NCBI RefSeq assembly: GCF_004010195.1
Contig: NC_057720.1
Coordinates: forward strand, 17,735,153 to 17,765,698
Direction of reading: 5' to 3'
DNA: 30,546 nt
From: Chiloscyllium plagiosum
Taxonomy: Eukaryota
Shown: in pieces, positions 23,597 to 30,546 of the stretch
Layout: each line of letters begins with the position of its first letter
Numbering within the stretch: position 1 is the stretch's first letter
The notes under the pieces: model-generated
Told to the model about the DNA's origin: nothing
The model's input: the letters and a program-made list of their open reading frames with translations, nothing else
Database searches by the model: none
Position numbers and translations under genes: made by a program

Positions 23597-24250
23597 CGAG
23601 GTAGATAGGATAGTGAAGAAGGCATTTGGTATGCTTTCCTGCATTGGTCAGAGTATTGAGTATAGGAGTTGTGTGGTCATGTTGTGGCTGTACAGGATGC
23701 TGTTTAGGCCACTGTTGGAATATTGCAAATTCTGGTCTCCTTCCTATCGGAAGGATGTTGTGAAACTTGAAAGAGTTCAGAAAAGATTTAGAAAGATGTT
23801 GCCTGGGCTGAAGGATATGAGCAACAGGGAGAAGTTGAAAAGCCTGGTGCTGTTTTCCCTGGAGCGTAAGAGGCAGAGGGGTCACCTTATAGAGGGTTAT
23901 AAAATCACAAGGGGTATAGGTAGGATAAATAGACAAGGTGTTTTCCCTAGGGTGCAGGAGTCCAGAATAGAGGGCATAGGTTTAGTGTGAGAGGGGAAAG
24001 ATATAAAAGGGACCCAAGGGGCAACTTTTTCATGTAGAGGGTGGTGCGTGTATGGAATAAGCTGCCAGAGGAAGTGGTGGAGGGTGGTACAATTGCAACA
24101 TTTAAAAGACATCTGGATGGGTATATGAATAGGAAGGGTTTTGAGGAATAGGGGCCAGATTCTGGCAAGTGGACCTAGATTAGTTTGGGATATCAGGTCG
24201 CATGGACGAGTTGGACCGAAGGGTCTGTTTCCGAGTTGTACATCTCTATG
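23597..24250 (+). mobile_element. Young CR1 3' fragment, same family as its left neighbour but opposite orientation
   Basis: KKAFGML..LYRMLFRPLLEYCKFWSPSYRKDVVKLERVQKRF..; tail TGTACATCTCTATG. Confidence 0.9.
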
Positions 24251-24752
24251 GGTATTGAGGGAGTGCAGCGTAGGTTCACGAGGTCAATTCCTGGAATGGC
24301 GGGATTACCTTACACTGAAAGACTGGAGCGACTGGGCTTGTATATCCTTGAGTTTAGAAGACTGAGAGGGGATCTGATTGAGACATATAAGATTATTAAA
24401 GGATTGGACACTCTGGAGGCAGGAAACATGTTTCCGCTGATGGATGAGTGCCGAACCAGAGGACACAGCTTAAAATTAAGGGGTAGACCATTTAGGACAG
24501 AGATGAGGAGAAACGTCTTCACCCAGAGTGTGGTGGCTGTGTGGAATGCTCTGCCCCAGAGGGCAGTGGAGGCCCAGTCTCTGGATTCATTTAAGAAAGA
24601 GTTGGATAGAGCTCTCAAGGATAGTGGAATCAAGGGTTATGGAGATAAGGCAGGAACGGAATACTGATTAAGGATGATCAGCCACGATCATATTGAATGG
24701 TGGTGCAGGCTCGAAGGGCAGAATTGCCTACTCCTGCACCTATTGTCTATGA
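24251..24752 (+). mobile_element. CR1 3' fragment of a different subfamily
   Basis: IEGVQRRFTRSIPGMAGLPYTERLERLGLYILEFRRLRGDLIETYKI..TRGHSLK..WNALP; 3' UTR GGCTCGAAGGGCAGAATTGCCTACTCCTG. Confidence 0.9.
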
Positions 24753-24767
24753 CTTTAATTGCTATGT

Positions 24768-24922
24768 TGGGCAGCACTGTCACTCAGTGGTAGTGCCAGG
24801 GACCCGGCTTCAATTCCAAGCTCAAGGAATTGTCTGTGTGGAGTTTACTTTTTTTCCTGTGTTTCAATGTAGACTTGATGGACCAAATGGCCTCTTTCCA
24901 CACTACTGGGGATTTTATGAAT
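24768..24922 (+). mobile_element. Internally deleted HE1-like SINE
   Basis: GGGCAGCAC..CTCAGTGG..CCAGGGACCCGG..TGTCTGTGTGGAGTTT joined directly to the tail GGACCAAATGGCCTCTTTCCACACT. Confidence 0.7.
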
Positions 24923-25554
24923 CATTCAAAATGGCAACAACTTGAAGCATTATGCAATTTGATGGACATGTTCAAATCCCTTCACAAATACGATGACCAG
25001 CAGAGCAGGGGAAAAAAATCCTGCACTCCAGATCTCATCATTTCAGGAGCACAAGGGGCAAAATGCCAAAAGTCAAGAATTATCTTGCTTGGTTATTTGA
25101 AAAACACCTGTGACCCTGAGCAGATTTTATCCTTGAATTGGAGGCCTAAAAATTAAGACTTTCAAATAATTTCTATATTACATACTACAAAGAGTCCAGA
25201 TTGTAGCAACTGTACAGCCCAATATAAGTAATTGAACCAGAATCAAATATCAATTGAAGTTTAGCCAACTACATCCAATTACACCATTGCAATTTCTGGT
25301 ACAGTAGCTTCAGATATACAACGAAATGAGTGCCAGAATTATGTAGAGAACTGGACAGGAAGGCACAACTGTGCCATGTCTTGTAAAGGACCCTTTGTTT
25401 GAAAGTCTATCTATCATTTTGTTAATTGTACGAGAGAAGTGACTGGGATAAAAAATCTTTTTTTTAAAATTGCTAAATCGTTGGCAATATAACACCTACA
25501 CGATAAATACTCGTCAACAGTTGGTTTATACTCCGTAGAACACACTTTCCTTCG

Positions 25555-25655
25555 CTACAGAGAATGAGTCATCAGTCCCGAAACGTTAACTTTGATTTCT
25601 CTGCACAGATGCTGCCAGACCTGCTGAGTTTTTCCAGCAACTTATTTATGTTCCT
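25555..25655 (+). mobile_element. Short Penelope-type terminal-repeat copy with decayed hammerhead
   Basis: CCCGAAACGTTAAC..GATGCTGCCAGACCTGCTGAGTTTTTCCAGCA, related to the termini at 19521 and 28629. Confidence 0.65.
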
Positions 25656-26038
25656 TCTCGATCTTGAGGGGAAAGTTGAAATCACTTTGGTGCTGTCACA
25701 ATCTTGGGTGTGAGATTTTGAACGATAGTGCTCCACACAGGATAGGGGAGAACATAAATCAACACTAGATAGATTTACGATTGCAATAAAATTGCTTTTG
25801 ACATCAACGAGCAATCTACCTCCCCACCAACCCACCCATCTCAATAAAGATCCATCTTCCACTCCTTATAGCTGAAGATTCAGACGGTAATGTCTGCCAT
25901 CAGCAAACCTTGCCCCTCCACCCGTGTCCGACCGGCTCAGGCACATGTGCCAGCCGTTGACAGTTGGGTTTAAACGGCATCATTCCATCCCCTCCTCCTC
26001 CTCCCCCACCCCCCACCTCGCCCTCGTTTCCCACTTAC

Positions 26039-26100
26039 CTTCACAACGCAGCTGCGCACTACCACCTTCGGCAGGCGCACTTTCAGGACGTAACCTTACG
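26039..26100 (-). other. GLMN: Probable non-coding first exon of GLMN (5' boundary uncertain)
   Basis: Perfect donor AAG|GTAAGT at 26039/26038 on the minus strand, inside the only non-repeat CpG-enriched patch in the window. Confidence 0.6.
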
Positions 26101-26220
26101 TTGAAAGGGGGAGGGACAATCTTTTAGACCACGTGACAATCCGGGCCCCGCCCCCTCCCCATCTCATCCCCAACTGTCAAAACTCTCAGGTTGTCCACCA
26201 CGGATTGCTCTGCGCTGGAC
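26100..26220 (-). promoter_or_regulatory. Putative TATA-less GLMN promoter
   Basis: E-box CACGTG at 26130-26135 (GTCACGTGG on minus), GC box GCCCCGCCCC at 26145-26154, TGCGCA at 26053-26058; CpG retained across about 25920-26220. Confidence 0.6.
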
Positions 26221-26394
26221 CAGAACTGGAGAAAAAAATAAGCAGCTTTGTTTTGCGAATGGCAGAATACTAGCTGGAAACCTGATTAAAACAAAAACAG
26301 AACAAAAAGGCACTCAGCAGGCCCACGAGGTTCCGTGAACAGAAAGACAACTGAACCAACCAGTATAAATAATGTGGATACAAGAGCAGATAAA

Positions 26395-26744
26395 AGGGAA
26401 TGATAAAGGATTGCTCGCGTCCTGGTTCTCCAAGCCTATTCACCAACCAGAAGGCACAAATCAGGAGTGTGACAGAATGCTTTCCATTTGCAGCTCCAAC
26501 AATACTCAAGAAGCTAAACATTTTTAAAGAGTGCCACTTGATTGGCACCCTATTCATCGCCTTAAACATCTGCTTCCTCCACCATGATGCACAGTAACAG
26601 CAAAAATATAAGATTCACTGCAATAACTCACTAAACCTACTGGAACACTTTTCAAAACACTGAGCACTGCCATCTAGAAGAATAAGAGCAACAGGTGCAT
26701 GGGAAGGTCACCTACAAGTTTTCTTTCAAGTCTCAAATCATCCT
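26395..26744 (+). mobile_element. Old CR1-group LINE 3' remnant
   Basis: AAGGCACAAATCAGGAGTGTG..GCAGCTCCAACAATACTCAAGAAGCT is similar to 12780-13060 and 17505-17800. Confidence 0.65.
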
Positions 26745-27085
26745 GGACAGCACGGTGCCTCAGAGCACTGCTGCCTCAGAGCACCAGGGACCCGCGTTCA
26801 ATTCCAGCCTTGGGTGACTGTCTGTATGGAGTTTGTGTCTGTGTGGGTTTACTCTTGGTGCTCCGGTTTCCTCCCACCGTCCAAAGATGTGCAGGTTGGG
26901 TGGACTAGCCATGCTAAATCACCTGTAGTGCCTAGGGATGTGTAGGTTAAGTGGATTAGCCATGGGAAATGTGGGGTTACAGGGAAAAGGTGGAGGTGTG
27001 AGTATGGATGGGCTGTTCTTCAGAGAATTGGTGTAGGCGTGTTGGGCTGAATGGCCTGTTTCCACACTGTTGAAATTCTAGGATT
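26745..27085 (+). mobile_element. HE1-like V-SINE, near full length
   Basis: tRNA-like head with B box GTTCAATTCC, V-domain GGTGCTCCGGTTTCCTCCCACCGTCCAAAGATGTGCAGGTT, tail GGGCTGAATGGCCTGTTTCCACACTGT. Confidence 0.88.
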
Positions 27086-27295
27086 GTCAGTCAGGCTTAT
27101 AGTACAGTGCACTTGTGTATACAGGATATATTAATATACAAACCTTGTTCTTTTCAGACAGAAAGAATCTGTACATCCACTGTGCCTACTTCACCTGAAC
27201 AAAATAGGTAATAGCATTTCACTGGTTCAATTCTCACAGCAATGCCTGGTCAGAGTCAACCTGCTCTGTTTAAAATTTAAATAGGCCCAGCAGTT

Positions 27296-27423
27296 AATCC
27301 TAATGAAGGGCGCATGCCCAAAACATCAATTCTCCTGCTCCTTGGATGCTTCCTGACCTGCTGTGCTTTTCCAGCGTCACTTTTCAACCCTAATCTCCAG
27401 CATCTGTAGTCCTCACTTTCTCC
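27296..27423 (+). mobile_element. Solo Penelope terminal-repeat copy (decayed hammerhead)
   Basis: CTAATGAAGGGCGCATGCCCAAAACATC...GATGCTTCCTGACCTGCTGTGCTTTTCCAGC...CCTCACTTTCTCC; CCCAGCA occurs at 27286 and 27422 (possible TSD). Confidence 0.8.
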
Positions 27424-27804
27424 CAGCAATCCAATTGTCAATTAATTGTCAATCATCGTTCTCCATGAGTCCACTTGCCAATCAATCAGTATTTTCCTCT
27501 CATGCAATAAAAATGTTGCTTTTCCTTGAATTGGTGTTTTTGCAAATTGTACTTGAAGAATATAGTACAAAAACTTTGACAAAATATCATATTTTCAGTA
27601 ATACCCAATTGTATGTCAGGATTGACATTTTCGAATTAAGATGTAACCCTAATTGAAAATATGCAACTGCTTTCAATTTCTATATAAAATATCAAAATAA
27701 TTTATGTTTACAACCAAAACCTGTAATGGGGTTGTTGTGAAAAGATTTGGAAGTTGTTACATGAAAGAATGTAAAATTGTAGCAGATTGAGGACTTCCGT
27801 CATG

Positions 27805-27910
27805 ATTCGAGGATGTTGTTCATTGTTTGCACTCAAAATTGCAGTGACTGTATTGCAAGAATAAGCAATTTTGCTGTGAAGCACTTTGGGATATCCTGGC
27901 ATATTATAAG
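27805..27910 (+). mobile_element. Degenerate Deu-SINE 3' remnant
   Basis: CAGTGACTGTATTGCAAGAAT..GCTGTGAAGCACTTTGGGATATCCTG resembles the DeuSINE tail. Confidence 0.45.
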
Positions 27911-28624
27911 TTTTTTCATCCATATCGCTCATTTATCCATCTAATCTGTAGTAGTTTTACATTGGGCTGTATCAGCTACAAATATAACAAACTAAATTTC
28001 TACACTTATTTAAGTCAGCATATTAAAACCTTTTAACATTTCCTCTTGTTTGTAAAATAAGAAATGAAAAATAAACAAATTTAGTACATAGAGTAATCAA
28101 TTAACATTAGAAGCAACTAAATTACTGCCCTTACAAAATCAATATACATTATCTAATACAGTCATGAACTGTAAAAGATGCCACGTATTTTGTTAACTCC
28201 ATTATCATCAACTTATTAATAGGAATGTTAAATTAAAGGATAAAGTGAGTTAATAGGTTTATCTGCTTTGCACGCTATGTCTTAGATTATGTCCTAGAAA
28301 TACATTCAGAATATATAAACTCATTGTAAGCTTCACTTTAACTTGATATTTCTTTGATATGTGGTCTTGAATTGTTTTAGGAAACTAGCCATAGGCTACA
28401 AAGCAGTGTACTATCTAGTTCCTCATAATGCTTAGTGCCTTAGGAAAACTCTAGCAGCTACTAGAGTTTTTTCTTATATAAATGAGATTTAATCTTCATA
28501 CTGTGATTGCTTCTTTTGTTAAAGTAAATTTCGGAAGACACCAGCTTCAGATCCCTGACACTTTATTTCTGAAAACCGCAGGAGATATCTAGAGTGCCAC
28601 CAAAGGAGTCTGGCAGTCTCCTCT

Positions 28625-28660
28625 ATTCCTGATGAAGGGCTTTTGCCCGAAACGTCGATT
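28625..28660 (+). ncRNA. Minimal type I hammerhead ribozyme motif, intact catalytic core
   Basis: CUGAUGA (28629-28635), stem II GGGC-UUUU-GCCC, GAAA (28649-28652), C-GUC with predicted cleavage after 28656; stem III reduced to the palindrome ACGU. Confidence 0.7.
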
Positions 28661-28757
28661 TTCCTGCTCCTCAGATGCTGCCTGACCTGCTGTGCTTTTC
28701 CAGCACCATTCTGATCTAAACTCTGGTTTCCAGCATCTGCAGTCCTCACTTTTGCCT
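28625..28757 (+). mobile_element. Solo Penelope terminal-repeat copy
   Basis: Closely similar to the 3' ends of the Penelope copies at 5755-5884 and 19517-19647, with no adjacent coding sequence. Confidence 0.85.
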
Positions 28758-30208
28758 AGTCTTCTTGTGCAGGCACTCCCTGATGAATCTCTGACCATTA
28801 CAAGTAAATAGCATTTTTTATATCTAGTTCAAGTATAATTGATACAAATTATAGGGAATCACAGGGCGGAATACAAATCTTGCTAACAATATGTGTTTTT
28901 CACACTCACAATAGCTGGAGATCACTGCCTTCCTGTGATAATATTAAACTGTTCACAGAAATTTGTGACTGTACTGTTCTCAATCTCGTGCTAATTGATA
29001 CAGGGGTAGATAATAGGTTTTAGTATCAGTAGTGTGGTTAGTCTTCACATACTCTTGTTAACTGGCAAGGAAGTATATGAATGGAAAAAGGAGGTAGTTA
29101 ATGGGATGTCTGATCAGGGCTGACAGTCTTATTCAAAAAGTGACTATCTTCGCTCGGGGCTGGGAGTGAAAAACACACATATGGCTCCAGACTACTTTGG
29201 TGGTTGAGGGGCAGCCAGACTCTTGCTGTGATCTCTGTCTCTGCCGACCACTGGACAGGCGTACAGTCTAATATATAGAGAATCATTCCAATAGGGGACC
29301 TCTAACCCTTGAATTCCCACTGCCTCTGCGCACAAGGATAAGCCAGTGAAACAGAACATTTTGCTTTTCAGGGTTCACAACCTTCATCACATTGTTACCA
29401 ATAAAAAAGTATTTTACTATACTACTTTACCATAGCTACTTTACAATTTTTGTTTGTGAATTAAACTGGCATATGAATTCTTCTTAATGACTGCTTATTT
29501 GCAGTTTGACAGCATGACATGATCCTTTTGTTTCTAAGGAGATTATTGGTAATTCTAATGGAAAGCTAGTGCACATAGGCTTTACTTGAATTTTTTAATG
29601 CATATTATTTCAAACAAACATTTTTTCTTGCCTAAAACCTGAACATTTTTTGATGTCAGTTAAATATCAGTCATGCATATAACATTTCCTATGTATCTCT
29701 TTTGACTCCAGCTTCAGTGCTTTTAAATAAGTTGAATGCTTTCAAGATACCCACAATAGATATTGTGTCTTGAGAAAAAATATCTCAACAGTCATGTAAT
29801 GGCAATAAATTACAAACATATCTTGCTATTTTTTACTCACCTCATCACTTGGCTTTGAGTTGGAGTTGGTTTTAACTCTGACTGAATCTGAATAACAATG
29901 TCCTGACAACACAGCTCACTGAACTGCTTATCTCTCATCTAATCCTTTGATTGGCTATCTCTTCTCCACATTCTTACTACTGCAGCAGCTTCCCAACTGG
30001 ACGGCTGATTGAGATTTCATTTATGGAAGGGTAATGATTTATAATAATTTCTCTGTTTTCCCAATTGGTTTCCTAAGCTGCACAATATTCTTGGAACATC
30101 TGTGTCTGTTTGAAACCAGATTCTAAAAGGTGTTCAAAACAAAAGACAATGGTGTTTCTCCTCTTTGATTTCCCTTCCTGTGAAAACTCAACTTCACTTC
30201 TGGCCTAT

Positions 30209-30546
30209 TCCCAACGCTCTCGGTCAGATCCACCGACGTCAAGCCGGTGTTCTTCTCTGACCACTGCCTCCTGCTGGCCGACTGTCACCTATAGGACGAG
30301 CAGCGGGCTGATAAGGGAACGTGGAAGCTGAACACAAAGCTGTTGACCCTGGGAAACATTGAGGAGCTCAAGAGGGACTACGCAGGTTGGAGAACCGTGA
30401 AGCCCCTCTTTGAGTCCCCAGCGGACTGGTGGGAAACAGTAAAAGGGAACATCAAGAGGTTCTTCATCCTCAAAGGTGTTCAGGAGGCGAGAGAGAGACG
30501 GGGAAAACTGTCCCAGCTCCAGGGAAAGTACGCAGAACCTGCTCCT
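30209..30546 (+). mobile_element. Tx1/L1-clade LINE ORF2, 5'-truncated, runs off window end
   Basis: Reads SVRSTDVKPVFFSDHCLLLADCHL*DEQRADKGTWKLNTKLL...ADWWETVKGNIKRFF, with the APE-terminal SDH, GxWKLN and WWExxK motifs; stop at 30292-30294; missing from the ORF track. Confidence 0.85.

Noticed and set aside
24830..25156. 108-aa ORF between the 51-bp inverted repeats as a transposase remnant
   Set aside because: Starts inside a SINE and shows no DDE or HTH motif that I can recognise
26745..26815. tRNA gene
   Set aside because: It is the tRNA-derived head of an HE1-like SINE with a damaged A box, and it continues into the V-domain
28779..28795. Second CTGATGA as a hammerhead or box C/D RNA
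   Set aside because: No stem II plus GAAA follows, and the spacing to CTGA is far too short for a snoRNA
29098..29286. 62-aa minus-strand ORF as a small gene
   Set aside because: No recognisable homology or motif, and the length is expected by chance
1..30546. Prokaryotic-type systems (CRISPR array, retron, operon)
   Set aside because: No regularly spaced repeats or operon structure; all RT and nuclease motifs belong to eukaryotic retrotransposons within a spliced gene locus

Overview
Repeat-rich vertebrate genomic DNA, most likely from a cartilaginous fish (shark-like), judged from HE1-type V-SINEs, Deu-domain SINEs, and CR1 and Penelope families. The only host gene is glomulin (GLMN) on the minus strand. 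A probable non-coding first exon and GC-rich promoter lie at about 26.0-26.2 kb. Six coding exons (16895-16933, 14371-14496, 6891-7010, 3854-3962, 2804-3050, 2595-2697) splice in frame to 248 aa with canonical GT-AG sites, and the gene continues past the window start. Introns and upstream DNA hold nested retroelements: several CR1 LINE families including a near-full-length copy with a zinc-finger/esterase ORF1, three Penelope-like elements, short Penelope terminal-repeat copies with hammerhead ribozyme motifs, SINEs, and a 5'-truncated Tx1/L1-clade LINE at the right edge. Best items for follow-up: the hammerhead motifs (one intact core; all intronic copies antisense to GLMN), a pure 65-unit TCT/GAA tract in GLMN intron 3, an unexplained 51-bp inverted repeat pair 4.6 kb apart, and a Penelope insertion with TSD and inverted tail. 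Three N gaps lie inside repeats. All family assignments come from recalled motifs, not database searches.
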